In this document: positions 50,815-64,000 of the stretch, one piece after another
How positions within the stretch are numbered: the stretch's first letter is position 1
Layout of the letters: every line of letters begins with the position of its first letter
From: Lama glama
Lineage: Eukaryota
Length of the DNA stretch: 64,000 bases
Direction: 5' to 3'
Assembly: GCA_028534125.1 (NCBI GenBank)
Contig: CM052817.1
Span: 43,030,001-43,094,000, forward strand
Notes under the pieces: generated by a model
Seen by the model: only the letters and a program-made list of their open reading frames with translations
The model's database searches: none
Told to the model about the DNA's origin: nothing
Made by a program: the position numbers and the translations under genes

Positions 50815-53800
50815 GAGACTAGCTTTATTAACAATGCTTAATTTCAATTTAATGTTTTGGTCTTAAATAGGAACAGGTAAAAAATTCTGAACCATAAATA
50901 ATATTCAGTTACACTGAAAGCCAAAACAAGAAGAATCAGGTTTATATTTTACATGTTAAATCCCTTTGCCAGCTGGATTCAACCGTTTTCTTAAAGATCA
51001 CTAAGAAACAGTTTTTGTTACCAACTACCACTATTTTGGAATTTTAGTATCTCAAAACACAATTTTTAAATTACCTTCTGAATAATACAACAAGTAAACA
51101 GCATCCTAGACAGCATTTCTTTTTTCTTTAAATAAATAACCATATCCCAATGGCACTGTTTCATGCAGAACAATCATTACATGGCAATGCCTACATTTTT
51201 AAGAACCATACATAAAGGTACTCAGTTTCTCACTGGAAAGCTTTCGTAAACAAAATGTAAGTTATCTTCAAAAGGACTTTAGAAAATTGTTGATAAATAT
51301 CTGTGCTGAGGAAAAAGATGAATTTGATATTTCAAATACATCGATAATTTATTCATTGGTTTTGGAAAAAGTTGACAGGGACAGAGGAGCCAACCAGTAA
51401 AGACCAGCAATCAATTTTCATGACACCGATAGTCCTACTGCAACTCAAGGTTCTGGAAGAGGTCTTTTGCCCATTCCTGTAATTTAAACCCTATCAAGTA
51501 GATCAAATATTAGATACCTTATTGCCTGTGAGTGAAAGAGGTGCTAAAGATGACTATTACAATTAAGCCAAATTTGGGAGAAAATCTTTCTAAACTATAT
51601 TCTATACATTATTGGTTCCTTTAGAAACTTCATTAAAGACAGTTCACCTCTTTGAACCCCATTATTATGACTATCAATGATTAAGAGAAAAACAGGCATT
51701 TTTCCATCTCCTTCCATGCTGTCATATGTCACTTCCACTATTGATGTGTTTGCCCACAAAGCCCCTTCTATTTGGTTTTTTAATTGCCAGCTGAGAAACT
51801 TGATAATTTAGATATAATCTTAAAATGCTGGTTATCAGGCAATAAATTCAGAAGTCAACACCCAAAGGCTTACACAGAAGGTGAGAAAAGCAGAAGTGGC
51901 CTTTATGAAGTGTCCAGACTCTTTAAAGATACGATTTCATTTAATTTTCTTGACAAGCCTATGAGGTAAGTATCATTATACCCAGTTTATAAGTGAGTTA
52001 ATGAGACAGCAGTTAGTGACTTTAGGGAGATTAAACCTAGTTAAATGACATGGCCAGGTATCAGAATTCATGTTTTCTTGTACTATGTGCCCATTTAAGT
52101 ACATCAGCCTAGTGACAGTGATTTCAGTAGCTCAGGGGCCATCTGGGCAGTTTTCCAAATGGCTGAGTTGCTCCAAGTCTAACCTTCAGATAAGGTTCCT
52201 CCTGCACTTTCATTTGGAACTTAATATCTTTCCATAATTAATACTGCAATGAAGCCTGAACTTTCTTTGGCATATGCACGTGTGTACAAATACATACACA
52301 AATTACACATGTAATCTGACCTTGAAGTTTGAAAGCAAATAGCTGGTTAAGAGTTCTGCATGCTAAACCCAATTTTTATGAAGTCAGGTGTACATGCCAC
52401 TCTTGCCAATGCACAGTAACTAACATTTGGGTATCACTACAAATTCTACGGAGCTTACAATAACATTTTCATAAGGTACAAAATAATGTGACTACTATAC
52501 CCATACAATAATAGATTTTTTTTTTTAAGGTGGAAGGAGGAACTTTCTACCTAAGGAGTAGAAAATTCTGATTTAGCAAACCTTTAGTTACCATCCTGGT
52601 CAAGACACATTAAAATGAATATTTTACTTTTACCTTTTGCTTTAAAAATAATCCCATAAATTATAATAATTGGTTATGTCCTGTATCTCCCTGCCATCTT
52701 CCCAATATAAAGAGATTCCTTATTTCCTTTTTCAAAACCTTGTTTTTGGGACCACTCAATATAAATTGTAGGAAAAATGCCAAACAAAAAAAGTTGTGGT
52801 TTAAAAAAAAACTTTTTAATAAAAAAAAGTAAGATTGGTTTTATCAAAGTTAACAAACCTTTATTAAAGGCTCAGAACTCGTTTTTATATCTGTACTTCA
52901 TCATCAATTTAATGTTCTTCAGTATCATATAACCAATATGTAAAATACAAATTTAAATTCCAAACAACTACCCTTCCATGAATTCAGGGCATTTATAAAC
53001 TTTACATAAAATATATACCAATTTGGAACAAAGCATTTCATCTAATAAACATTCTCATAAGGCCAGTTCCCCAAAACAAAACAGAAACTAGGAACTATAC
53101 CTAGGGACCATTAAGACCTCCTCTTCACATGCAAAATGGGAAAACACATTTGGCACCCATGCACACACACATACACACAAGCCTCAGAAACCTGACAATT
53201 ACCTCCATACTCCAGGAGTAAGCTTTTTGCTCCTGTTTTGCAACTTCCTCAAAACACTCCACACATTCATTCTCCAAAAAAAAAAACTTTTCTAAAACAT
53301 GTACGGTGAGGCTTGACATATATATTAGGCAGTTTAAGAAAAGGCAATGATTTCAAGTAAAAACATTGAGATATCTGATTTAAAACGGAAAACAATTTAT
53401 TTCACTTTTGCCATACCGGACAACAAAGCAGCCCTTTTATGTCACCGCTCGTTAAAAGGGCATTACAAGACATTAACATAATGCAGCAGCCCATGTTTTC
53501 TTTCAGGCACTTTCAAAGGGCATCTCAGACCCACAGTATCTTCTATTGGGTGTGCAAGAAAACAGAGCTGCAAAATGATTAGTAAGGCAAGATACTAAAG
53601 TTTCCCTTTTTATTTGAACATTGTTATCCACGTTTTGGAGATATCCTGAATTAACATTCAAAGATACGCAGTACTTAAGTATTAGGAATCAGCATATTAT
53701 CAGCAATCTTGGGTTTAACAGCTACTATCAAGCAATTGATTTCTAATGCACACAACATAGTTCGCTAGTATATGTAAAAGAAGATGGCCTGAATTTTGCC

Positions 53801-53918
53801 CTCAAATGCACAAAAAGAATTTTCTATTTACCACCCCAAAACAGTCTTTGGCCTTGCTGAATAATTATAGAGCTGTTATTTTACTGCGAAGCAAAATAAG
53901 CCTTCAAGTGTCCCTTAC

Positions 53919-54076
53919 TTGATCTTAGAAGGTCAAATTCTCTGTCCAACAGTTCCTCTTCTGTTAACTTGGAGAAGTTATCCTCTCCAAATGGATTCCA
54001 CCCTGACATATCAGGTGGGTTACTGATGTTCTTCTGATTTGTAATATTTGCAACTGCCTCTTTATCAGCAACTGAC
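53919..54076 (-). CDS. BMP2K: BMP2K coding exon (third from end)
   Basis: Acceptor tactgtag| and donor TCAA|gtaagg. Encodes (R)SVADKEAVANITNQKNISNPPDMSGWNPFGEDNFSKLTEEELLDREFDLLRS; 158 nt, phase 2-1. Confidence 0.95.
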
Positions 54077-54189
54077 CTACAGTAATAATTAAGAGAGGAA
54101 AAAGGAGAAAAAAGTTAGAATTGAAATTTTAAACTGTCCTGGTTCATACTTTATAGATATTTGGAAAAGCAGATCATTTGATCATGATG

Positions 54190-54430
54190 GAGGTGGCAGC
54201 TAAGGGCATGGATTGGGAGGAAGACCAGCTGGGATTTGCATCACCTCCATAAAGGTCACTAGCCGCGTACCCTGGGCACGCTCCTTAACCTCTCAGGTCT
54301 CAACTTCCTCACCTGTAAACAGGAGCAGCAGTGTCTACCTCATAGGGTAACTGAGAAGATTAAATGGTTTAATACACGAAAAACAGACAACATAAATAAA
54401 TAAGCACTTAAAAATATTAACTGTTATTAT
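54190..54430 (+). mobile_element. MIR SINE
   Basis: ccttaacctctcaggtctcaacttcctcacctgtaaac...tacctcatagggtaactgagaagattaaatg. Confidence 0.75.
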
Positions 54431-57377
54431 CATAGTGAATAAACCTTCAAGTGAAAACCAGTTGCCATATGAAACAGTATCACCCTAAAATCACGACTGA
54501 ATAGGGTGATCTTATGTCCTGGTCACGCTGAGACACCACAATAATTTTCCTTTTGACAAAAGCATCCTCTGTACAGCCACCAACAAAAGGAGAACTGCTT
54601 GCACTGCTTTATGAATTGCCTAAAACTAGATGAGGGTCACTTTCTATATAATAAGTTATTTATGATGCTTAAAATATCTACATAGTCTGGAGCCTAGGAT
54701 CACTGGTTCTATGAAAGTATCAAAAGGTCTCTTGGCTTTTAAGGGAAGATGAGAGTCTAAAGACTTCTTAATCTAAGAGTTCGTGGGTGCCTCCCCCTCA
54801 ACTCATCCTGGAAATGCAGCACAGGCACGAGGCAGTGTGACAAAGTTGTCTCGTTCATTTCATGATTCCGATCCAGACCTTCTAACATTGGTAGCGGAGG
54901 GAGAATGTATGCACTTCTAAAGAAGTATCTCAGTTTTTCAAGCCTTGACTCATCCTCTTAAATTCTCCTTCCCCTTGGGAGCTCACTTCCACTGCCATCA
55001 CACAGGTCTTTAAAGAGAAGAAAGGGCAAAAGTTGCCCACTTAATCCTCTAGCCCAAGCCCCTTCAGTAAAGCTGAGACAAGAACAGAATGTATAAACAC
55101 TTACTAAAAGCAAGAGGAAAATACATATGATAATTGATCTATTAAGGAAGACTAGATAGTTGTTCTTAATAAATATAACTTAGATATCTTAATAATAAAT
55201 ATAATTCAGTTTAGCACTCACTCTGGGAATGCATCAGTGGCCAAGGTCTAATAAGCCTGCCTCCACAAGACAGAACCTCATCTCTAATTCCAAAACTATC
55301 TTCAAGGACTTTCAGAGTCCTAAAACACCTCCCTTTCCTGTTCCACCCTCCCATCTCCTGGGATAATTTCATAATCTCACAGGAGTGGAGTAAAACAAGT
55401 CCTATACACTTTCACAGATACCCAACCCAATGTTTTCCAAACTGGGGTGTGCAAGCTGATTTTGATGATAAACTGACTCTTTTTAAAGTCACACGGAAAT
55501 TAGGAAACATACTTATCTAACATATCACACCTGTGGCTTCATGAACAGCATCAACTGAAGATGAGATTAAGTAGGCAGTGCTTTGGGAACACACATAAGT
55601 TACAGGTATCAGCACCTTGCATGCCGTGTGTGCCCCAAATCTTTAGATACTCATCTTCCTTCATAACTAATCAGAAGTTCAGGTAGTACAGAAGCTATGG
55701 GACACTGGCATGAATTCTCTCATGCAGGGTTTCTAATTCATGACTTCATTCTCATCAGGGACACAACTCTGTTTCCAGAGGCTGGTCTTCCCAATACAAA
55801 GTATACATAAGTATATATGCTGTGTCAGAGAAGATAGTTTAATATCTTTGCATTTTCCAACTATAAACACGAGATATAATTTTTGATGCTAGTTAACATC
55901 AAAAGTAAAAAAAAAATCATTAATTAATACAACAGCCTCATTAGTATCTTAATATCAAGCAGAATACCTGTTTTTAATGAAGAATAAAAACTATTCTATT
56001 CTTATCCCTAGGGGACTTATTTGTAGGTATGTCCTTTTTGTTAATTTATTAGATTGCTACTTGTATTTCACAGATTATATTTTAGTGGATTTAATTTGTT
56101 TCAAATGTATATTATTTGTTTTAGTGTTATTCACAATAGTGCTATTAATTTATTAAAGAAAAAAGTGTTACATGAGTAAATCAAAAAAGCACAACTAGAG
56201 TAGGCAAATGACAAAGAGTTTGGCAAATATTGCTCTGGGTCTTTAAACGAGCCTTTGGTCTTACGCCCTGCTCTCCACTTATAGACATACTTACTTGTTC
56301 TAATTCATGCACGTCAATTTTTGATTTAGGAAAGCACTTCAATAAATCCATTTCTTTTCTCCTATCCTCCTTCCCCTCCAATCCTTTCTCTCACTCTTTC
56401 AATCCCTGCACCTCTTTTCTTTCACACACCGACACACATACACACACCGACACACACACACAGGCTGGGAGGTATACTATAGCAAACTGCAAACTCCAAC
56501 TGCTCTTGACATGCTCAGTGACCACCACACTACTGATGTCACTGTTTCGCACACCCAACCCAGCCAAAGCTTGTAGACACCAGCCAACATTTCATATCCT
56601 CAAAAAGTGTTGTATGAGAATTTCTTTAGTGTTCTAGTGACCAAAGTTCTAACAGCTACTTCCTCCTATGTATTTAAAATTATCAGGATGTATTCATGAG
56701 GGTCAAAAGATTCTTAATTACAAAACCCTGAAGCATTCCTCATAACAAAGCTAAGTTTGAACACAGTTGTATCACAGTTGTTTAACTTCTTGTGATGTTT
56801 TCAATAAGAACTATCGATGAAAAGTAACTCCACTAACCACGGTACATAAATAACCAAAATGCACTATGGCTGTGGTAACAATAAGCCTGCCGTATCATAC
56901 CATCTTTAGAAAGAATCAAATGACTCATTACAACTTTTTGTACCTGTTTAAATTAAACCAAATTAGGCAATTTCTATGAGTATAAATACTATCAAATTAA
57001 TTAAAATAACATATAAGTAGAAAAAGTTAAATTAACTTGTCTACATGGGTTTTTTTTTTTAACTACTAAAGTAGTTCATTAGAGTTTTGCTTCTATTGAA
57101 ATGATAAAGAAACATCTTAACATATGAGCTAATAGTTTTCTTAGCCTTAAATGCTGCTGGATGTTGCTAAGCCTTATCTGCACATAGCAGAATTAACTGA
57201 TGAAAATGGAAAGGGTGAAAGAGATACACAGGGACCAGCAGAGAGCACCCGTAAGAGAAGGGGAACTCTACAGAAGGACGGACTCCAAATCAGCTCAGGA
57301 GCCACTTAGTGACTCCACTCCACGAGAACACCCACTTTCACAATAATTTCATTTGCATTCACTGGAAAAACACTTGC

Positions 57378-57559
57378 CTGTTGGCACCATAAGAGGAGTC
57401 CATTATGGTTCCAACCTGAGCTGGAAGCGATGAAGTGTAGGCCACTAAGGCTGGTGGGAACTCTTGAGGGGAGGTAAGATATTCCGGTGATGCCTGTTGA
57501 GACGGCTGATGTTGGGCTAGCATTTGCTGCTGTAAGAAAGCCTGCTGATACTGCTGCAT
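57378..57559 (-). CDS. BMP2K: BMP2K Q-rich coding exon (GC donor)
   Basis: Acceptor ctgtttcag|ATG. Encodes MQQYQQAFLQQQMLAQHQPSQQASPEYLTSPQEF...SSYGAN(R); donor ACAG|gcaagt. 182 nt, phase 2 matches the next exon. Confidence 0.92.
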
Positions 57560-57691
57560 CTGAAACAGAAAACGCTGTTATACAAAACAACACTCAGGGT
57601 CACGGAAGCTGAATGAGCAGCTCACTACCAGAACACTACAGCGAGGTGAAATAAATCTATTTAAGAAGTTGTTCAAGTGGACTTATTGTCA

Positions 57692-57790
57692 TGATCATTT
57701 TGTGATACACACAAACATCAAATTATTACTTCATATACCTGAAACTAACATAATGTTATGTCAATTATACCTCAATTAAAAAAAAAAGAA
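57692..57790 (+). mobile_element. Short LINE-1 3' terminal fragment with A tail
   Basis: acctgaaactaacataatgttatgtcaattatacctcaattaaaaaaaaa. Confidence 0.7.
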
Positions 57791-58287
57791 GCAGTTGTAC
57801 AGTTAGGCTCACCTGGCAGAATTCAAAAATTCTCCTTTAAATAATTTAAGGAAAAAACAATAGAGTAGCTTAAAGTCACTTGGTATGGTGGTTGCTGTAA
57901 AGAAAGGCCAAACTATTCTTGGAAGCAAATGCAATTGTCCTTGGGATTCTTTCCTCTTTTTTTTTTAATTCAACAGACATTTGCCAAATGAAAAAGATAT
58001 ATGGCAAAAGATCCTGGGTAATCAATAATTTCCCTATACTATAAGAGAAAAATACTGTTAGTTATGATGTTCCAAATCCAGGTGTGAGATAGTGATACAG
58101 ATATAGATAGTTCAGGTCAGTTTAAGCTGTGTGAGAATACATGGCTGGCTTTGTTAAAATACATGTTAATTAACTAACTTGAGTTGATTTTGAATTATTA
58201 AGTAATGAAAAATGCCATTCACACTGTGAATTCCAATACTAGAATGTATACTCAGAGAGACATCCCTAGAAATTATATAGCACCTAC

Positions 58288-58386
58288 CATTGAAGGATAC
58301 TGTGATGCGGAAGGCTGTGGCTGATACACCGAATGCGTTAAAAACTGTTGCTGAAGTATCTGCTGCTGTTGCATTGCATGTTGATA
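58288..58386 (-). CDS. BMP2K: BMP2K Q-rich coding exon
   Basis: Acceptor ctaatcacag| and donor ATG|gtaggt. Encodes YQHAMQQQQILQQQFLTHSVYQPQPSASQYPSM; 99 nt, phase 0-0. Confidence 0.94.
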
Positions 58387-58985
58387 CTGTGATTAGAAAA
58401 ACAAGTTCATCAACTTTATTCATGCCTTTTTTGTGCCACAGTCTTTCTTTTTTAAAGTGCTGATCTTACTGTAACCAACGACTTGGGTACCCAATAGTCC
58501 AGATACCGATATGAAATAGCTATAGTCAGTAAGCAACTATAACTTAAATCTGCTTATTGAAACTGGTTTCCAAATTATCAATGAAACCTAACAGACTCAA
58601 CTAAAACCATTTCCAGCACAGTCTAAGGACATTTGGAAGAAACCTAAACCTAAACACATTCACCAGCTGATGAAGACCCCTGAGTCCAGAAATCCCCACT
58701 CTCCCCTGCCTCGCCTTCAGTGACATCTTCTGGCCATCCAATGGCACCCCTACATAACCACCCTTGACTCTGGGTCTCTCAGTCAAGACTAGAGGATGGG
58801 TACCCCATGAGAAGTGTCATGCATATAACTGGTTCAAAAATATTTTAGGAAATGATGAAGGACAATGATGACAGTTATTAAATTTAAAATAGTTTAGTGA
58901 AACTAGATATGTGCAGGATCTGATGAGGCAAAGGACACAACAGAACTTGAGGTCATTTTTTCCTACTTCCAACTCTAAATGCCAC

Positions 58986-58989
<4 letters not shown>

Positions 58990-59023
<34 letters not shown>
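58990..59023. repeat. (CA)n microsatellite
   Basis: Read directly from sequence. Confidence 0.9.
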
Positions 59024-59025
<2 letters not shown>

Positions 59026-59438
59026 ACTAACACAGGCAAAAAAAAAGAAAAACAAACAAAAAATCCAAGACAATGTTACTTTTGAAAGCCTAGTATCACC
59101 TTCCAACAGTAACATTATTAGTCTGTATATCTGAACTCAAAATGTAACCTGAAAAAGATATCCATCATAAAATGCAGTACTTATTCAAGATGCCAAATGA
59201 CTGATGAACAGTCTTTGCTTCATAAATCCATGATGCAACCTATTTCAGCACAGTATTCTTAAGTATCTCACAGAATGCAAATAAAATACATCTTCTTTAA
59301 TAATCAGGAAATTGAGCAAAACGCTTACTTCAATCTAGAGTCCAAGGTACCCACGGTACGAAAGGGAATTTACTGATAGTCAAGAGCCCCGTGAATGTCA
59401 CCACATAACTTCCATGCCCGAAGTAGCAGAAGAGTTAC

Positions 59439-59623
59439 CTGCTGCACGTACGCATCCTGAAGCTGCTGCTGCTGCAGGTGAGGGCGGCGGTGCTGCACGT
59501 GAAGCTGCTGCAGCCTCCAGTCTCCCTGCTGCAGCTGCTGCAGGACCCGATGCTGCTGCGGGGGCTGCTGCGGGGGCGCCTGGCCCAGTAAAGTCTCAGG
59601 GCCGCTGCCAGGTCTCAGCGCTC
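59439..59623 (-). CDS. BMP2K: BMP2K Q/H-rich coding exon
   Basis: Acceptor ccccttttag| and donor CAG|gtaact. Encodes (G)ALRPGSGPETLLGQAPPQQPPQQHRVLQQLQQGDWRLQQLHVQHRRPHLQQQQLQDAYVQQ; 185 nt, phase 1-0. Confidence 0.94.
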
Positions 59624-60548
59624 CTAAAAGGGGTTTCCCCAAACTGTCATTAACGTGCTCGCAATTTCAGTAAAACGGCTCTACTTCAAAACACTCATTT
59701 TGATCATCATTAACCAAGGCATTCCTACATTCATTTTATAGAAACTTCCATGTGCATATGGTCTAAAGGGATTATTTACTATAAGTACCCATGAAAGCTA
59801 ACTTTGTCAGCTACAACTCGTGAACAAGTTCACATCTTAGAAACACGTCCTCTTTCATCCTTCATCTCATGAACGCACCGGCCAGGTCAGTTTGAAACGC
59901 TCCAGACTTCTCACCTGTACCATGCACATTATGAGTCTGTGTCTTTGCTGGCATGACTCCCTGCCACTTTCCACCCACTGCAATTCTTATCCTTTGGAGC
60001 TCGCAACTCTCTTCCTTGTTCTTCATCTAACGCTTCCACTAAGTTTATAACATTTCATTCTGCCTCACACACATTCATTGTTTAAATGGCTATTTCCTAA
60101 CCAGGGCCCCTGAGGGGTTTTATAAACTATGGGACATTCATACAATAGAGTATTACATATCTATTAAAAACTACATAGATCTATATGTACTGATATGCAA
60201 AGTTCTCTACAGTATATTAAGTTTAAAAAAATCAAGTTGTGGAGAACTATGTATAGTATGAATCCATTTGAGTTTAACCCAAAATGAGTTATTTGTATCT
60301 ATGTATATTCATGCAAGAACATAAAAAATGAATGGGAAGATGTGGACCAAACTGCTGCTAATTTACTCTGGGAATAAAAAGAATGGAAATCTGTATTTTT
60401 CTGAATACTACTGTATTATATGAGTATTTTTTAGAAATATATTCATGTGTTACTTTTTATATAATATTTAACAGGAAAAGAAATGTTAAGAGATGTACAT
60501 ATAGGGGGGAAAAAAGAGTATTTTTTTTTCCAACTGAAGCTGGAAGTA

Positions 60549-61024
60549 TGTAAGAAAGAGAAATGCTGCCCCTGACAACGGGCAAGCCTGACACAGTGAG
60601 GTGGTGGTGTTCTTCCGATAAATGCAAACAGTTTTACAGACCACCACCACCAGACAAGGCCACCCTGTGATGGATCAGGATAAGACCACCCCTTAATCAG
60701 GTCTCAATGCTGACAAAATCAGGAACACTGTCCAAACCATAAAATGGCCAAACCTCTCCCAACCATGGCTAACACGACTGAATGCTGCTTCATTTCCAAA
60801 TGAGGCTTTTGCTTCCCTCCTTCTAGATAAAATTTAAGATACCTAATGATATTACACCCTGCTTCCACAAACGTACCTACAGCAAGCCCAAATCCTTTAA
60901 TAAGAGTTTTCAGACACCATCTTACTGAGACACTCCCATAGATTTCCAGGGTATCAGAGTAATAAACCAAATTTATTCAACTATAAGTGTGTTCCTAGTG
61001 GTCTTTGGCTGGAGGATCAAAACA
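60549..61024 (+). mobile_element. Solo LTR (ERV1-like)
   Basis: TG...CA termini, about 476 bp, internal AATAAA at 60961. Family assignment from memory; no clear TSD. Confidence 0.55.
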
Positions 61025-61913
61025 CATGACAGATAAGACTAATAGGATCCTCAACCCCAAAAAGTAGAAAACCATCACTGAATGTGTCCTAGGAAACAAA
61101 ATTTTCCTGGATACCATGAACCTTGCTACTTTCTTTTCATAATAATAATAGTAGATGTTCTCCCACTTTACAGAACAGTGAACACAAAAGACTTCAAATT
61201 CTCCTTTTTTCCCTTTTCTATAGAATATTCCTCCATCTGGTATTCCTGATCCCCACAGATGTATGCAGCAATACATCTGGTAACATAAATACTGCCTTCC
61301 CTGAGCATTTGCTTTACTTAATAGTAGAAATAGTACTTAACAGTGAACATCTCTTAAGGACATATGTGGCAGGCATTATATTAAGCAGCCATTTAACCCT
61401 CACAACAGCCATCCTATGAAATAGGTACTAGCATTTTCATAACATCTATTATTAAAAAAATGGGAGAAACAGGATTCAAATCTAGGTTCATGAGACTCAA
61501 AGTGTGGGCTTTTAACCATTAGTGTATCCTAATTTAAAACATTTTAATTGAAACATTTTAACGTTAAAACTTTGAAAGGCCAGAGTTTCAAATTCCTCCT
61601 TTCCAATACAATATACAATTTTCTATGCTCCTGAACTTTATTATCAGCCTCAAACCCCACTAGCTGATGACTTTAGGGGTAAGCAAATTGTAAGCTTTTT
61701 GGACCACACTTTCATATTGCCAGTAACTTTCCTTTGCTGACAACTTCAGGAAAACAATTTGTTGAGTTTATCAGACATCAGTAGCTTTGTTTCTTAAAGC
61801 AGATGTGATATATCTGCTCCACAACACTAATAATTAACACTGCTCGGAAATCAAGCCATAAAAGGTTTGTTTAAGTTAACTACAAAGGGGATGAGGTTGG
61901 CAGGGCGTGTTAC

Positions 61914-62074
61914 CTTTTGGTCTGTGGTTACCAAATTCACCAGGAGCAGGGACTTTAACAGGGGTTGCTGAACTTTGAATGGTCAGCACACTGGGAGTGG
62001 CAGTAGTGGAATTGGCCTTTGGTCTTTGTCTTGGTGCAATTGAGGTTTCTGTTGGTCCAATGGTATCTGTTATT
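61914..62074 (-). CDS. BMP2K: BMP2K coding exon downstream of the kinase domain (gene continues beyond window)
   Basis: Acceptor tttttctcgtag| and donor AAAG|gtaaca. Encodes (R)[30 protein letters not shown]...NHRPK(G); the [13 protein letters not shown] motif is shared by AAK1/BMP2K. 161 nt. Confidence 0.95.
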
Positions 62075-64000
62075 CTACGAGAAAAAAAAAAACACATTTC
62101 ATTTCAAATACTGGGATTACTTCTAAATTACTGGTTTTATAAAGCATCTATTTCAACAGACGCCTATTTATTATTATTAATGACCACGTTAGCCCTCTTG
62201 GCTTCTTCCTAAGTCTCCTTTTCAAACATTAAATGTTTAATGAAGATAGGAAAGTAAATAAAAATAAACCTAACCACTTTTCTCAAGCCGGTATGCTATC
62301 ATTCACAGTCAGCCACTGAGGCCGGAAGGAAAAGAGTAGAGGATTGCTCTTAAGGAGATAAAATAAAGGAAACAAACAGAAGCCTTCTCGATAAGGTTTT
62401 GGGCAAAATCGAGAGCCAGCTTTCTAAACTAGTCAGAGAAATAAAAACAAGAAGCAACAATAACCATCTCCCTTAGCTTAGACTCTCAGCCTAAGAAAGA
62501 AAAGATCACACCCTAGGGTGCATAACATGCAAGAAGCCAAAACTATTAAAAGATGGAGCTACCAACTCACATTCAACTTCCTGGATCTTTAGCTTTGCTT
62601 TACTTAAAACAGTGAATGGAAATTATATAAAACTTTTCCTACTAGGTCTTAGTGTAGGCCACAGATGGGAGTGGTCAAGTGTAAACATAGTTTTAAAAGC
62701 AAGAGACACTACATATAATTTGAGAAGATACAGATATTTTCTTTTCTCTTTCAAAAAAAAAAGCCAGGAAAAAATCTTACACTTACATGTTTATGAACCC
62801 TGCTTTCTATAAATTCTAAATACTCAAATACTTTAATAGGGTCTATGTTCACTATTCAAAAGGAATGCAATGCAGTCTCTTTACTAAGTTTCCTTAGCAC
62901 ATTTTCAAATGATCTGACACTTAACATTTTTGCATACACATGCTTTATCAAGCACACATCTGCTGCATTTAGAGAAAGTCCTGTCCATTGTTAACAGCAC
63001 AGATCTACAGTTCTTGCCTATATCTGCAGACACCACAAGAGGGAGCCCTGTCAACACCTATCTTTCTAAGAAAGACAGGAAGCGAAATTGAATGGAAAGA
63101 TTTTGGAAAATCAGAAATACATTGTGTGTGTACTGTTTTCTAAAAATAAAAACATTTATGTTTTATATGGGATGGAGATGGTACAAGTCATATGAAAACT
63201 GAACTAAAAGGCAATAAAAGATCATGTATACATATAACCAATTACCTCTAATTTAACCTAATCAAGTATTTATTGAGTTCAAATTATGGATGTGGCACTA
63301 AAACCAATGCTGTATCCTCCAAGCTCAAGTAAACTGTGGAAAGTATTACACACAATATTTCTATTTGTCCATCCATTCTTTATTAAGTGGGAAGTATAGG
63401 CCAGACCTTACCAGGCCTCGTCCCTGTTCTAAATCACTCTGTAGAGGAGTCACAACACACACGAGCACAGCAAACCTCTAGAAAGCATACTGAAGTTCTG
63501 CAGACTTTGTTTAGTCTACTGTTTCCTGATTTATTTTACTAATGTACCAATATCTATTATGCAATTATTACTGATATCCAGCAAATACAGCGAAGTATCC
63601 ATCCTTCAAAGAATTTACAGTCTACCTACGAAGATATGGCAGATGCTTATGAAAATATAAAAAAACATAAAACAGTAAAAATAATCAACACCAAGCCAGC
63701 ACTGGCAATTGTTTCATGGAGGAGTAATTCTACCTTTAACCTAACTCAGCTGGGAAGGCTCAGGTGAGAACTGAAGATGAAAGATGAATGTGATTCCATC
63801 AGACAGTAAAAGGAACTAAGCAGTCTGTGTGAAGAAGTGGGAAGAAAATGCCTGGACAGATTAGGCAAAGTGAAGATACAAACTTAACTAAAATGAAAGA
63901 CCGAGTAACAGTAGAGCCACGCAGCCTCATCTGTACTATTACGGCAGACACAGAGCTGTTTTCCCTTCTTCCTTTCTCTTCTTTCTCCCTCACTATCACC

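Noticed and set aside
59414..59653. Poly-Ala ORF on the + strand
   Set aside because: Antisense reading of the BMP2K CAG-rich codons.
1..64000. CRISPR arrays, operons, rRNA genes, or horizontally acquired/viral coding sequence
   Set aside because: I saw no repeat-spacer array and no long unexplained ORF; all credible coding sequence is accounted for by PAQR3, BMP2K and LINE relics.

Overview
Mammalian genomic DNA. It is AT-rich and intron-dominated, with L1, L2, MIR and CR1 relics, and two tRNA-derived SINE copies point to a camelid (inference). Two convergent (tail-to-tail) genes occupy the window. (1) The complete PAQR3 gene lies on the + strand. It has a CpG-island promoter at about 2990-3780 and six coding exons (3383-3567, 6822-6984, 12819-12974, 15783-15980, 18832-18922, 21819-21961) that splice to 936 nt = 311 aa plus stop. 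(2) The 3' part of BMP2K (BIKE, NAK-family kinase) lies on the - strand. Seven coding exons run from 62074 down to the stop at 30487, followed by a ~5 kb 3' UTR; the kinase-domain exons lie beyond the right edge. I found no prokaryote-type system (CRISPR, operon, etc.). The most interesting signals concern BMP2K isoform choice. Two introns have non-canonical GC donors, each with an in-frame read-through stop. A perfect 14-bp palindrome covers one donor and its stop. A degenerate copy of that exon end, donor, palindrome and stop sits 780 bp into the intron. A candidate 44-nt stop-containing cassette exon lies just before the last exon. Also notable are a collapsed polyQ/polyH tract, a sharply GC-enriched last exon, and an L1 insertion with a clean TSD but a foreign 3' end. 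Comparisons with human proteins are from memory and need alignment.
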